From contig NC_086097.1 in the NCBI RefSeq assembly GCF_963921235.1, forward strand, positions 178,128,001 through 178,192,000: a stretch of DNA of 64,000 bases, written 5' to 3'. This document shows, one piece after another, positions 1 through 12,755 of this stretch. Made by a program: the position numbers and the translations under genes. Within the stretch, counting starts at the first letter, position 1. Each line of letters opens with the position of its first letter. The notes beneath the pieces are model-generated. The model did no database searches. It was not told where the DNA came from and saw only the letters and a program-made list of their open reading frames with translations. Origin of the DNA: Mobula hypostoma. Lineage: Eukaryota.

Positions 1-105
1 TTCAGTCTTGATGAAGAGTCTCGGCCCGAAACATTGACTGTTTATTCCCCTCCGTACATGCTGCCTGGCCTGCTGAGCTCCCCCAGCACTTTGTGTGTGT
101 TGCCA
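1..105 (+). mobile_element. Penelope pLTR 3' end with variant hammerhead motif (3-40), cut by the window edge
   Basis: cagtcTTGATGAagagtctcggcccGAAACATTgactg followed by the usual gctgcctggcctgctgag...gtgtgttgc tail. Confidence 0.7.
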
Positions 106-1123
106 AGTCTACCTGGTAAAACTTGTTGTAGTCATCATCATAAGCAGGAGATACAGAAGACTGGAATCCTGCACCATATTCAAGAACAGCTTCAACCATT
201 CAATTCCTGATCCAACATGCAACATCCAACATATACTACCTCAGTTTAGCAACACTGTGACCACTTTTCTCCACAATGGACTAACGGTGTTCTTTCTTGT
301 ATAATTAGCTTTTCTTCTGTTTGCATTGGCTCTACGTAGTGCCACAACCTGGAAAACTCAGCAAGACATTCATTTCCTCAGGAGGCTAAAGCAACTGGGT
401 ACGTCTCCTTTGACCTTCACCGTTTTTTTTTTAAATAATGCAGCTCAGAAAGCATGTTATCTGGATGCATCATGGCTGCAAGAAACAGTAGAGTTGTGGA
501 CATAGCTCAGTATATCACAAAACCAAGTCTCACTTCCATGGACTCTGACAACACTTCTCATTCCTCAATCAAGCAGCCAGCATGATCAAAAACCCCACCC
601 ACAACGACATTCTCTCTTTTCTCCACTCCCAATGGGCAGAAAATACAAAAGCATAATATCAAACCATACTCAAACACAGCTTCTATCTCATTAATATAAG
701 ACTACTGCATGACAAGATGCTCTCGACCTCAAATCTACCTCATCATGACCTTGCACCTTATTGACCGCCTGAACTGCACTTGCTCTGTAACTGTGTCACA
801 GTATTCTACACTCTTATCGTCTTCTCTTGTACTACGTCAATACACCAAGGTTATAAATTGATCTGTATGATCAGTACTCAAGACACGTTTTTCACTGCAC
901 TTCTATAGACGTGACAATAATAAACCAATTTACCAACTAATACTATGTACCTGTGATGCTGCTGCAACTGAGGTGTTCACTGGACCAGTGCATACATGTA
1001 CCCGTGCTAATGACAAGAAGCTCGACATGGAAAAGGAAAAGGAAATGGCTTACAGGACTGCAATGCATCATTTTCACTGGGTTCTCAAAGGTTGCTCATG
1101 CCTTGCTTCTGCTCAGTCTACAG

Positions 1124-1185
1124 CAGTGGTTTCCAACCTGAGGTCCATGGACCCCTTGGTTAATAGTAGGGGTTGGAAACCCCTG
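1124..1185. mobile_element. 62-bp hAT-Charlie-type MITE
   Basis: TIRs cagtggtttccaacc / ggttggaaacccctg. 8-bp flanks gtctacag and gtctaggg resemble the NTCTAGAN target. Confidence 0.65.
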
Positions 1186-1338
1186 GTCTAGGGTGACCAT
1201 GTTTTAATGCCATCTGTACTGACGTTTATTCAAGTGAGTAAAATCAGAAATGTGAGTTACAAATCAGAAATTAAATCAAAAAGATACATGATTCCATACA
1301 GAGATCATTTTTGCAGCAGTTGTGGTAACAGCTTTTAC

Positions 1339-1456
1339 CTGAAAGTCGCCCCTGTGACCTCCCGTTTGAATTTTTCATCAGTTGAGGCATGTACAAGAAC
1401 GGTTGAATTCCCATTTCCTTGTACAGCTGGGACTTTTACCACTGAAGTCACAGGAG
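1339..1456 (-). CDS. TAF4B: TAF4B exon 9 (APVTSVVKVP...EKFKREVTGATFR); gene continues left of the window
   Basis: ctttcttcattcag| acceptor and TTCAG|gtaaaa donor, phase 1 to 2. Ends in ...TFR, as TAF4-family proteins do just before the DDDDINDV block preceding the histone fold. Confidence 0.87.
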
Positions 1457-1800
1457 CTGAATGAAGAAAGCAAAGTTTTCTTTTAAACCCCAGTCCATTC
1501 AAACGACATTAATACCAACAAAGCACATCATGGACAGCATTTATTCTGGTCATACAGAAAACACATAACAGAAATGCAGCCAGTGGTAATAGCAACAACT
1601 GCTGGCCACATGGGACAGCCCACAAACCGAGGAGCAATTACACTAAATTGACTAGTAGATTCTCCTCAGAGGATTTTAGCAAACAAAATTAGATTAGTTT
1701 CATCATATGTACATTAAAACATACAGTGAAATGTGTTAGCAACATACATCAAAGTTGCTGGTGAACGCAGCAGGCCAAGCAGCATCTATAGGAAGAGGTG

Positions 1801-1838
1801 CAGTCGACGTTTCAGGCCGAGACCCTTCGTCAGGACTA
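1801..1838 (-). ncRNA. Minimal type-I hammerhead ribozyme motif, sense to TAF4B pre-mRNA
   Basis: Exact reverse complement of the 2433-2470 motif. Confidence 0.8.
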
Positions 1839-2432
1839 ACCGAAGGAAGAGTGAGTAAGGGATTTGAAAGCTGGAGGGGGAGGGGGAGATGCAAAATGAT
1901 AGGAGAAGACAGGAGGGGGAGGGATAGAGCCGAGAGCTGGACAGGTGATAGGCAAAAGGGGATACGAGAGGATCATGGGACAGGAGGTCCGGGAAGAAAG
2001 ACGGGGGGGGGGGGTGACCCAGAGGATGGGCAAGAGGTATATTCAGAGGGACAGAGGGAGAAAAAGGAGAGTGAGAGAAAGAATGTGTGCATGCCATCAG
2101 TCTTGAAGAACATCAACATTGACTTCTCTAACTTCCGCTAAGGCCCCACCTCCCCCTCGTACCCCATCTGTTACTCATTTTTATGCACACATTCTTTCTC
2201 TCACTCTCCTTTTTCTCCCTCTGTCCCTCTGAATATACCCCTTGCCCATCCTCTGGGTCCCCCCCCTTGTCTTTCTTCCCGGACCTCCTGTCCCATGATC
2301 CTCTCGTATCCCCTTTTGCCTATCACCTGTCCAGCTCTCGGCTCTATCCCTCCCCCTCCTGTCTTCTCCTATCATTTTGCATCTCCCCCTCCCCCTCCAG
2401 CTTTCAAATCCCTTACTCACTCTTCCTTCAGT

Positions 2433-2470
2433 TAGTCCTGACGAAGGGTCTCGGCCTGAAACGTCGACTG
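2433..2470 (+). ncRNA. Minimal type-I hammerhead ribozyme motif
   Basis: agtc-CTGACGA-agg(gtctcgg)cct-GAAAC-GTC^gact. Intact CUGANGA and GAAA core, helix I agtc/gact, palindromic ACGT helix III, GUC cleavage triplet. Confidence 0.8.
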
Positions 2471-2962
2471 CGCCTCTTCCTATAGAGGCTGCTTGGCCTA
2501 CTGCGTTCACCAGCAACTTTGATGTATGTTGCTTGAATTTCCAGCATCTGCAGAATTCCTGTTGTTTGCAGTGAAATGTGTTGTTTGCATCAGCGACCAA
2601 CATACTCTAAGTATGTGCTGGGGCAGTCCACAAGTGTTGCCATGTTACTGGCACCAACAAAGCATGCCTACAACTTACTAACCTTAGGTCAGTAAGTTGA
2701 GAGTTAATACTGGACACTAAAACAATATCGAAGCACAGTTTAGAATAAAAAAGGACCCAGGTAATATGCTGCATCCAATCACAATTTCATTTCACTTCAC
2801 TGTGACTCCACACAGTTAGGTTTTAGAAACTTGCACAAACAGCTATCAGTATAAAATGTAGCAGGCAGAAAGCCTCAAGAGAACAACTTGATCTCTGACA
2901 TCACCATCAGGCACACATCGTGATTTGGTTAAATTATTACTAAACAACTGCATACATCGTAC

Positions 2963-3098
2963 CTCCTGGAACTGTTTTGATCTGTATCTGCGATACAGGC
3001 ACAGTGATGTGGTTTAGAGGTCTTTGCAATGTCGCTGTTTGTGTCCTTGGCAGTATGCTTTCCTGTATTTTGGCAAGTGCTCCAGACTGTTGGACTAC
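2963..3098 (-). CDS. TAF4B: TAF4B exon 8 (VVQQSGALAKIQES...KTVPG)
   Basis: ttttcag| acceptor and GAG|gtacga donor, 136 nt, phase 0 to 1, which fits the next exon. Confidence 0.8.
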
Positions 3099-5168
3099 CT
3101 GAAAATGAATCAAATCAGGGTGAAGCAAGTGCAATGTGTTCTGAAGAATGACAAGACTATGTTTGAAACTCTGGCTTCTATATAGGAAATTTTTTATCTC
3201 CAATTATTTTTCTTCTTAATCAACAGACATTCACACTATTCCTGTTGCATAACGTAATTACATTTAATTCTGCCCAGTACTAAGAGTAAAAATACAGATC
3301 CAAATTGATGATCAATAGAATATACTCAGCAGACTATTCTAGGGGTACAACACTTAACAGCCTAGACTAATATCCGAGACCGAGTTTAAATTCGACACTG
3401 CAGTGACATAAAGCACAATCAGGCATACCATCTGTGCCAACCATGGTGCCAATCTAATCTAGTTATATCTGCCTACATATGGTTCCTCTATTCACTGCTT
3501 GTTCATTTATCTGTCTAAATGCCTTGAATGTTGCCATTGGATCCATTTCCACAACCTCTCCTGGCAGCATACATCAGGCACCTAACACTGTGCGAGCGAA
3601 TCAGTATTCAGTGAAATAATCCAGCATTAAGATCAGTTAATTAATTATAGAATAATTATAATTTAGCTAATATTGGGATATCAAAAGAAACCATTTTATG
3701 GCCATCCCCAATTGTATTTGAGATGACTCAGTTGCTGAACTTCTTCAAGGTGCGACCACCTTTTTATGAGGGTGGAAATCAGTATTAACTTGTTATCATC
3801 AGGTACCTTACCTTGGTCATTTCAAGTCAGATAGGAGTCAAATACAACAATGTAGCCTTAGACATGAGCCCAGGCAAATGAATTCTAAGGGCATTAATGA
3901 GATAAATGTAATGCCCTGGTTCATTTTTTTGACTGTTATGCTATTCTGTATTTGATTTTGTGGTGATCAGTGCAAGCTGCTTGTCTGGGTTACTGTTGAA
4001 GATAAGAGATAGCAGAATTGTGTGCCATCCAATTAGGACGGTTGAATTAAGGGGAGGTTTCTCTGGTGAGGGACACTAAAGTTGGGCTTGGGGCTTTTGT
4101 TAAGGGGATGAAGAGAGAAGACATCGGAGAGAAGAGGTCGTAGGATTCGACCCAGAGAGGAACCGTGATTCGACGGAACCAGAGTGTTTCAAAAGTTTTA
4201 CAAAAATTCTGATAGGTTGCTTATCACCTATACTATTATAAACTTTTGAGTTCCCATTTTATTCTATGAATGAATTTAAGCTCCCCAGATACCATAATGG
4301 GACTATTACATTCAGATCTCAATCCTTTACCATTGTTACCGTGACCTTCAAATTAGCCTGTTATTAGAAGCTATCTGATTCACTTGCATCTGTCAGGGAA
4401 GTATATCAAATCTGACTTATTTACCATGTATTTGCCTATAAGCACTTTCAGACCCATATTTAAACATGGTTGGTCCTTAAATGTCTATTAAAATAGCCAA
4501 CAAGTTGCTCCTGTACAAAAAGTTAAGAACTTTAAAAGCTGGAAGTGAACTACTACTTTGAAGGCAGGGGCATTTGCATAGATTTCTTACAGTGTTTATA
4601 TAGCAGTCACGAGACTATACCTGGAATATTCCACTTCAAACTAATGTGGAGGCCAAGCAAAAAAGTAGACCAGACATGAAAGGTTTGCCTCATCAAATGT
4701 GCAGCAGCTGCAAGGAGGTCAAACCATCCTGGTCGATTATCTGTGCTTTTATCTTAAACACTGACCTAGCCAACACCATTTTCCAAAGAAGAATAACGGA
4801 GTCCTTTTGGCCTACGATATGAATGCACACATTAAGAGCTGGTGTCAACCAATTGGACCTTCAAGCCAGTTTCACCACAAATATCATGTCTAATCTAAAT
4901 GTAATTTGATGATTGCTCTTTGAAGCCAACTAGCTGTACTCTTCCTTGTTAGTCCTCTCCATGTATCACATTCTCTTCAATTGGCCTTTAGGCAAAGCAT
5001 TCCAGGTCATGTATTAAAACTGCCTTCTCCTCACTTCTTCAGTCAATTACCTTGAAAGGTATGAGATTTCGGTCACGTATTATCGTGCTTAATAACAGTG
5101 CTTTATAAATAACATTGCCAACAATTCCTTGTGGAGTTATTTGCAACAGTGGTGTGGGAAGTTCTTAC

Positions 5169-5372
5169 CATCTGGGCCCTGGCCTGCAGGGGCTTAGCCT
5201 GCTGTGCAGTACTAGCTGCTGTGACTGTCCTTGTAGCCTGCTCTGGGTGAGGAGGCTTGGATACTCCAGATGCAGCTGCAAGCGTGGTAGCTGGAGTTTC
5301 AGGTTTCTGTAGGCACTGCTGAATGAAGGCCTGGGAGTTTGGCATTAGCTTGCGTAAGGCAGGTAAACTTCG
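5169..5372 (-). CDS. TAF4B: TAF4B exon 7 (RSLPALRKLMPNSQAFIQQC...RAQM)
   Basis: End of TAFH; PNSQ.FIQQC is more TAF4B-like than TAF4-like (recall). cacag| and ATG|gtaaga boundaries, 204 nt. Confidence 0.93.
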
Positions 5373-6594
5373 CTGTGGAATGAAAAGTTCACACAAGATA
5401 TTGAGATTACTGGTTGAAGTTTCCAAACTGGTGTAAATAGCTTCTAAACCACTAATTGAGGTCCGGACTAATGATCCACATAAACAAATTTATATCCTTT
5501 AAATTCAGTTAATTAAGTAAATCTGAAACGTAATTAAAAAAAAACAAGGATGTGACTATGCAACTATGAGATTATCAGAAATCCCATCTGGTTCATCGAT
5601 GGAGCTTCAGGGAAGGAAATATGCTCTCTTTATGCACTGGGCTGGTTGAAGTGGTTCAGCCAGATGCAACAAAAAGGCAGAGCACAGCCAGAGCTCTTCC
5701 ATCATGCAAACCACAATAGTAGGTAAGGTACTGGCAGAAAGCTACTATCTCAAGACAGTTTAGGATGGGCAGCAATTGCCTGCTTTGCAAGGTATTCACA
5801 ACCAGTATATGAATAAGTAAGCATGAAGCCTTTTGACAAAGATCGTTTCCACTTAACTCAAAATAAATTGAAACTGTAAAGTCTCTGCTAGCTGCAAGAT
5901 TAAGCAGCAGAGATTAAGTTGACACACCAACTTCAGTTATTCAGTTTTCAGCTTTAGAATGAGTGAACAAAAGTCGTTCAGTACATTTGACCAGTTAAAT
6001 TTTATTTTTTTCCAGGGATGTTGTCCAATCTGTTCAGTATTTCTAAGTTTTGCTACACCAGTGGGTGTAATTTGTATCTTTATCCAATTTATTGAAAGTC
6101 TTTGAAGTAATATCTATTATGAATAAAGGGGTAGTGTATGTACAAAGAACACCCCATAATGTCTGTGATAAATATGGTACCGAATTCAGCTGAAACTATT
6201 TTGCTGATTAATGCCCTGGTTAAGATTTTTATTGCTAATGTTGTAACACATTTCATTTAGTAGTTTTCTGTAAAAGCAGTGAATCCTACTGGTAGAATGT
6301 TTTGTTTTCGGCTAAGATAAAGGGCTATGATGTTTGACTCAGGAGTGTTGTGTCAGCCAATCAGGATGATGGAATTGGAAGAACGTTCTAGAGGGAGCTG
6401 GGTAGAGAGAGATTTGTGAGTGGGGTTTGTGGTCTTTTTTGGCAGGAGATGGAGAGAGGAGAAGATCAGGTGAGACGGCCAAATGATTTGATCTAATGGG
6501 AAGATACAATTGCAAGCAGTGCTTCACAAGACCACGGAGTAGGAAGTTCTACTAATGATTGGTGAGAATTCAGTGCTGTGAGTAATGGTCATAC

Positions 6595-9500
6595 TGTAGC
6601 GGTGTGCTACACACAGCGCTAGAATAACCACACGGAGTCCGTGAGTTGGAGTTGCGATGAAAGAGATTTATTCAAACCACGGCCTGCTTTAAAGCCTTCC
6701 CGTTCCCGCCCTCCCTGGGGCAGGACTGCTGTGGGGAATGCATATTTTATTCCCAGACCCTTTCTGCACGCGGGACTTTCCCCCTGCTGGTGAAGATGGC
6801 CTGGCGCCCTTTTTTGGGGCCGGCCTCTCTGCCTGCACGCGCTGTTGTGAGCCGGTTCGTGGGTGCCAGAAAGTGGGTCACCACATAACCCCGCCCCCCA
6901 GAACCGGCGATACCTCCCCCAATGTCCACAGTCTGGATCGGCCTCTGTTTGGGAGGTCTGCCCCTGCGCCGCGGTGCCTGAGCCTGGACTGGCTGCGCCA
7001 AGTCCACATGGGCCGGTTTGAGTCGGTCCACCGTGAAAACCTCCTCTCTCCCCCCAATGTCCAGCACGAACGTGGACCCGTTGTTCCTGATCACCTTAAA
7101 CAGCCCCTTGTAGGGCCACTGTAGTGGTGCCCAGTGTCCGCCCCGTGGTACAAAAAGGAACTTACAGTTCTGCAGGTCTTTGGGTACACAGGTCGTACTC
7201 TGTCTGTGCTGTGAAGTGGGGATGGAGGCCAGGTTACCGAGCCTCTCCGTAGTCTGTCCAGGACTGCTGTGGGTTCTTCCTCTTGCCCCCTTGGGGCGGG
7301 TATGAACTCTCCTGGGACTACCAGGGGTGCGCCGTACACCAACTTGGCCAACGAGGTGTGCAGATCCTCTTTGGGTGCCGTGCGGATTCTGAACAGAACC
7401 CAGGGAAGTTCGTCCACCCAGTTAGGCCCCTCCAGGCGGGCCATGAGAGCCGATTTCAGGTGACGGTGGAAGCGCTCCACTAGTCCGTTCGACTGTGGGT
7501 GGTAGGCAGTTGTGTGGTGTAGCTGCGATCCTAAAAGGCTGGCCATAGCCAACCACAGGCTGGAGGTGAACTGGGCGCCCCTGTCGGAGGTAATGTGGGC
7601 CGGTACCCCGAAGTGGGCTACCCAGGTTGCGATCAGTGCTCGGGCGCAGGATTCGGAGGTGGTGTCGCTGAGCGGGACTGCCTCTGGCCATCTGGTGAAC
7701 CGGTCTATCATAGTTAGAAGATACCGCGCTCTTCGCGACACTGGCAGGGGCCCCACGATATCCACATGAATGTGGTCGAACCTCTGGCGGGTGGGTTCGA
7801 ACCGCTGCGGCGGAGCCTTGGTATGCCACTGCACCTTGGCCGTTTGGCACTGCATACACGTTTTGGCCCATTCACTGACCTGTTTACGCAGTCCATGCCA
7901 CACGAACCTATTGGAGACCAGCCGGACAGTTGTCCTGATGGAGGGGTGCGCTAAGTTGTGAATGGACTCGAAAACCCGCCGGCGCCAGGCTGCTGGGACG
8001 ACGGGGCGGGGTTGGCCGGTAGCTACGTCACATTGTAGGGTCCTCTCACCTGGGCCTACGGGGAGGTCTTGAAGCTGTAAACCGGAGACTGCAGTCCTGT
8101 AACTGGGGATCTCAGCGTCTGCCTGCTGTGCCTCTGCCAGCGCTGCATAGTCCACCCCCTGGGACAGGGCCTGTATGGTAGGTCTGGATAGTGCGTCCGC
8201 CACGACGTTGTCCTTTCCAGAGACATGCCGGATGTCCGTCGTGTACTCAGAGATGTAGGACAGATGTCGCTGCTGGTGGGACGACCAGGGCTCGGACACC
8301 TTCATGAACGCAAAGGTAAGTGATTTGTGGTCTGTGAATGCAGTGAAGGGCCTACCTTCTAAGTAGTACCTGAAATGCCAGATTGCCAGGTATAGTGCCA
8401 ATAGCTCCCGGTCAAAAGCACTGTATTTGAGTTCAGGTGGTCGTAGATGTTCGCTGAAGAACGCCAGGGGTTGCCAGCGACCCTCGATGAGTTGTTCCAG
8501 CACTCCACCGACTGCTGTGTTGGATGCGTCCACCGTGAGGGCAGTAGGAACGTCCGTTCTGGGGTGCACTAGCATCGCGGCGTTTGCCAAGGCTTCTTTG
8601 GTTTTAACGAAAGCAGTTGCGGCCTCTTCGTCCCAGGTAATGTCCTTGCCCTTACCCGACATTAGAGTGAACAGGGGGCACATTGTTCGGGCTGCAGAGG
8701 GGAGGAAACGGTGGTAGAAATTCACCATGCCCACGAATTCCTGCAGGCCTTTGATTGTGTTGGGTCGGGGGAAGTTGCGGACTGCGTCTACCTTGGCGGG
8801 CAGCGGGGTTGCCCTGTCTTTAGTAATCCTGTGGCCCAGGAAGTCGATGGTATCGAGTCCGAACTGGCATTTGGCTGGGTTGATTGTAAGGCCGAATTCG
8901 CTCAGGCGGGAGTAGAGCTGGCGGAGGTGGGACAGATGCTCCTGCCGACTACTGCTGGCTATGAAGACGTCGTCCAAATAGATGAATGCAAAATCCAGGT
9001 CGCGTCCCACCGCGTCCATTAGCCGCTGGAAAGTCTGTGCGGCATTATTTAGACCAAACGGCATTCGGAGGAACTCGAAAAGTCCGAACGGGGTGATAAG
9101 TGCTGTTTTGGGGATGTCGTCCGGATGTACCGGGATTTGATGGTATCCCCGGACAAAGTCTAACTTGGAAAAGATCCTTGCGCTGTGTAGGTTTGGTGTG
9201 AAGTCTTGAATGTGCGGCACAGGGTAGCGGTCTGGAGTTGTAGCCTCGTTCAGTCTGTGGTAGTCACCACATGGTCGCCAGCCCCCCGTTGCCTTGGGCA
9301 CCATGTGCAGGGGGGAGGCCCATGGGCTGTCGGACCGTCGTATGATCCCCAATTCCTCCATCTTCTTGAACTCCTCCTTCGCCAGTCGGAGCTTGTCTGG
9401 GGGAAGCCTTCGAGCACGGGCGTGGAGGGGTGGTCCCTGGGTCGAGATGTGGTGCTGTATTCCATGTCTGGGCATGGCTGCCGTGAAATGCGGTGTCAGT

Positions 9501-10917
9501 ACTGATGGGAAATCCGCCAGGACCCTGGTGAATTCATCGTTGGACAGCGTGATGGAGTCCAAGTGTGGGGCTGGCAACTTCGCTTCACCCAAGGAGAACG
9601 TTTGAAAAGTCTTGGCGTGGACTAGTCGTTTCCCTTGCAGGTTGACCAGTAGGCTGTGAGCTCGCAGAAAATCCGCCCCCGGGAATGGTTGGGCCACGGC
9701 GGCCAGTGTGAAGTCCCACGTGAACCGGCTGGAGCTGAACCGTAGCCGCACCGTGCAGGTGCCGTAGGTTCGTATTGTGCTGCCATTTGCGGCCCTCAGG
9801 GTGGGTCCGGGTGTCGCAACTCATTGGAGGTAAAACGCTGATCTCCGCTCCGGTGTCGACCAAAAATCGGCGTCCCGACTGCTTGTCCCAGGCGTACAGG
9901 AGGCTGTCCTAATGGCCAGCCGCCATAGCGATCGGCGGCGGCTGGGCCTTGGCGTTTCCCGGGAATTTGTAGGGTGGTCTACAGCGGCGGGCCTTTGTGC
10001 CCCACCGCTGGTGGTAGAAGCACCATTGTTTGTTGGGCTCTGCTGCCGGGCCTGGTCTGGTCTGTTGTTGGGCACGTGGCTTGGTGATCTGTGCGACGGA
10101 CGCCCCTCTCTCCTTCTTGGCATTCCACAACACATCTGCTCGGGCCGCCACCTCCCGGGGGTCGCTGAAATCTGTGTCGGACAGCAGCAGGCGTATGTCC
10201 TTGGGCAGTCGCTCTAGGAACGCCTGCTCAAACATGAGGCAGGGCTTGTGTCCTTCAGCCAGGGCCAGCATTTCGTTCATTAATGCCGATGGCAGCCTGT
10301 CCAGGTGCATTAAGCGGCGTGCTCGTTCACGCCGTGAGAATCCAAAAGTCCTTATGAGCAGGGCTTTGAATGCTGTGTATTTGCCGTTCTCCGGGGGCGA
10401 CTGTATAAACTCCTCAACTTGTGCAGCAGTCTCTTGGTTGAGAGCTCAGCACGTAGTAGTAGCAAGTGGACTCTGGGGTTATCTGCCGAATGTGGAATTG
10501 TGCTTCTGCTTGTTCCAACCACAGACGGAGTCTCAGCAGCCAAAAGCTTGGCAGTTGTAATGAAACTGCATGAACAGATGTGGCGTCGGTCATCTCTGGC
10601 CCAAATATCGTTTGGGCTGTCCGGGTCACCAAATGTAGCGGTGTGCTACCCACAGCGCTAGAATAATCACATGGAGTCGGTGAGTTGGAGTTGCGATGAA
10701 AGAGATTTATTCAAACTTCGCGGCCTGCTTTAAAGCTTTCCCGTTCCCGCCCTCCCTGGGGCGGGACTGCTGTGGGGAATGCATATTCCCAGACCCTTTC
10801 CACGCGCGGGATTTTCCCCCTGCTGAAGATGGCCTGGCGCCCTTTATGGGGCCGGCCTCTCTGCCTGCGCGCACTGTTGTGAGCCGGTTCGTGGGTGCCA
10901 GAAAGTGGGTCGCCACA
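6595..10917 (-). mobile_element. Full-length Gypsy (Mag-like) LTR retrotransposon, about 4.3 kb
   Basis: LTRs 6595-6885 and 10634-10917 (TG...CA). 4-bp TSD ATAC (6591-94 and 10918-21). PBS TGGTGACCCGGAC (tRNA-Trp-like) next to the right (5') LTR; purine-rich PPT at about 6886-6905. Confidence 0.97.
6886..10593 (-). pseudogene. Frameshifted gag-pol of the Gypsy element (gag, protease FLVDTGA, RT YLDD, RNase H, HHCC-DDE integrase)
   Basis: The 886-aa ORF 7091-9751 holds RT, RNase H and integrase. Gag (ATG 10593), protease (about 9863) and the integrase C-terminus (VDRLKP) are in other frames. Confidence 0.92.
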
Positions 10918-12428
10918 ATACTTAGCTTTTGGAAAATACAAGCTCCAATGCATGTGCACATTTAGATTGGTTTAACTGTAATGGACTCTTTTTTTCTTTT
11001 AATAACTGTTGATAAAGCTGAAATTAGTAAATACACTTTCTTTATAATTGTATGCTGTGTACTATCTGTTATTTCTTGCCAACTGATAATTGTGTCTGGC
11101 CAGTATTCACAACTTTCCTGTTTGATTGAACACAAATCATACCGACCCGAGACGTATATTGTTTAAGAAAGGTGGGCTTCTCACCACTGTTAGCAGAGTT
11201 TGCTATCAAGTCAAGTTTGTACACAAGCCCAGTGATGGTGTTACAATCCATATCTCTCCATTCCCTGCATATTCATGTGCCTATCTAGCAGCCTCTTAAA
11301 GCCCATTATCATATTTGCTTCCACCACTATACTTGCAGCCTGATCCAGACAGCTACCACTCCAAATTAAAGCTTGTCTTGCACATCTCCCTTAAAGGTTT
11401 CCCGTATACACCTTAAGAACATGTCCTCATACTTGAAATATCTACTCTGGGGGTGAAAATAATTCTGACTGCCTAACCTTTCTATCGGGTCTTCTCCAGC
11501 ACCTGATACTCCAATACTACAGAAAAACCAACCAAAGGATGCCCAACCTCTCCTTACAGCTCATGTTCTCTAATCCAAGCAGCATCCTGGTATGTCCTCC
11601 CAAGCCTCCACGTCTTGCTGTGGAGTAGCCAGAAGAGCACACAATATTCCAAGTCTGACCTGAATGAAATTTATTCTAGCTGCAATATGTAGGTGCAATA
11701 CTCAGCCTTTTTAAAAAAAAGTCCTTTGATAAAGTGCAAATAGATGATACGGTAAATGAAATACTATGTTTCAGGACATGACATTTTAGGCTGGAGAAAT
11801 GATTAGTTGGTTAACAGGAAACAACATGCAGAAATGTGTCTTTTTCTGTTTGGCAAAAGTTACAATCAGTGTGTAACACAGCAATCAGTATTGAGCCTTG
11901 ATTATTACTTCATAGTTTATAAAAACACTTGGATGAAAGATGTTAGATGTACAGATGTTAAATTTGCTAATGACACAAATAGAGGTAGTAAGTTACAAAT
12001 ACGAATAAAGAGACTGCTGAAGTACATTAAGTGAATGAGACGAGATCTGGAAAATGCTCTATTGGAAGGTAAAAGGCAAAATTGTCCTTTTTGGCACAAA
12101 AGAAAGCAAATTAGCCAAATAGCAAGTGATTGTAGCATTCTGAGTAAAGGAACAGGCGTGATTCAATTACTCAGGTCATGGAGAGGATGCACAAACTCTT
12201 TAGACAGTGGCAGAATTGAACTGAGGCTGCTGGAACTGTAACAGTATTATGCTAACCACTATTCTACCGTGTCTTGCCCAGTTACAAGTGTTATTATTTA
12301 ACGAGACAAGAACTAAATACAGTAGAAGATAATACCAGTTTTATGGAGAATTAGTGAGGCCACATCTATAGTACTATAAATACCATTCATTCACTGTGTG
12401 CAGTTTGGGCAAGGTTTACTAGATCAGT

Positions 12429-12755
12429 GATCACTATGTGTTGGCATGTGGCCAAGTGGTTAAGGCATTCGTTTAGTGATCTGAAGGTCGCTAATTCGAG
12501 CCTTGGCTGAGGCAGCGTGTTGTGTCCTTGAGCAAGGCACCTAACCACACTTTGCTCTGCGACGACACCGGTGCCAAGCTGTATGGGTCCTAATGCCCTT
12601 CCCTTGGACAACATTGGTGGCGTGGAGAGGGGAGACTTGCAGCGTGGGCAACTGCCAGTCTTCCATACAACCTTGCCCAGGCCTGCGCCCTGGAAAAACC
12701 TTCCAAGGAGCAAATCCATGGTGTTACGAGACTAACAGATGCCTATTAAAAGAAA
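12429..12755 (+). mobile_element. tRNA-derived SINE with RTE-related tail
   Basis: A box tggccaagtgg and B-box-like ttcgagcc. 12-bp TSD tactagatcagt (12417-28 and 12756-67). The 3' half matches the element at 34753-35484. Confidence 0.8.

Larger units (their letters stand above)
1738..2568 (+). mobile_element. Penelope-like element end: inverted pLTR, ORF C-terminus (NIDFSNFR*) and pLTR
   Basis: Arms 1738-2092 and 2183-2533 are near-perfect inverted repeats. 14-bp TSD cagtgaaatgtgtt (1724-37 and 2569-82). Each arm carries a hammerhead motif. Confidence 0.88.
6206..11245. mobile_element. Older solo LTR split by the Gypsy insertion; related truncated copy at about 3907-4190
   Basis: Starts ...taatgccctggtt as at 3907 (tgtaatgccctggtt) and ends ggtgttaca (TGTAA...TTACA-type termini). 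The 3907 and 6206 copies share internal similarity. Confidence 0.55.

Noticed and set aside
1755..2603. Pairs of near-identical ORFs on opposite strands (MLVNAAGQAAS... and HSPFSP...)
   Set aside because: By-product of the inverted Penelope pLTR arms; low-complexity translations of non-coding repeat.
5440..5650. Possible ancient Deu-domain SINE (cccatctggttca...cttcagggaaggaaat) near the exon 7 acceptor
   Set aside because: Short, degenerate resemblance from memory only; boundaries cannot be supported without a profile search.
12437..12510. Possible tRNA gene
   Set aside because: The A/B boxes belong to a SINE head; no convincing cloverleaf, and it is followed by a SINE body with a TSD.
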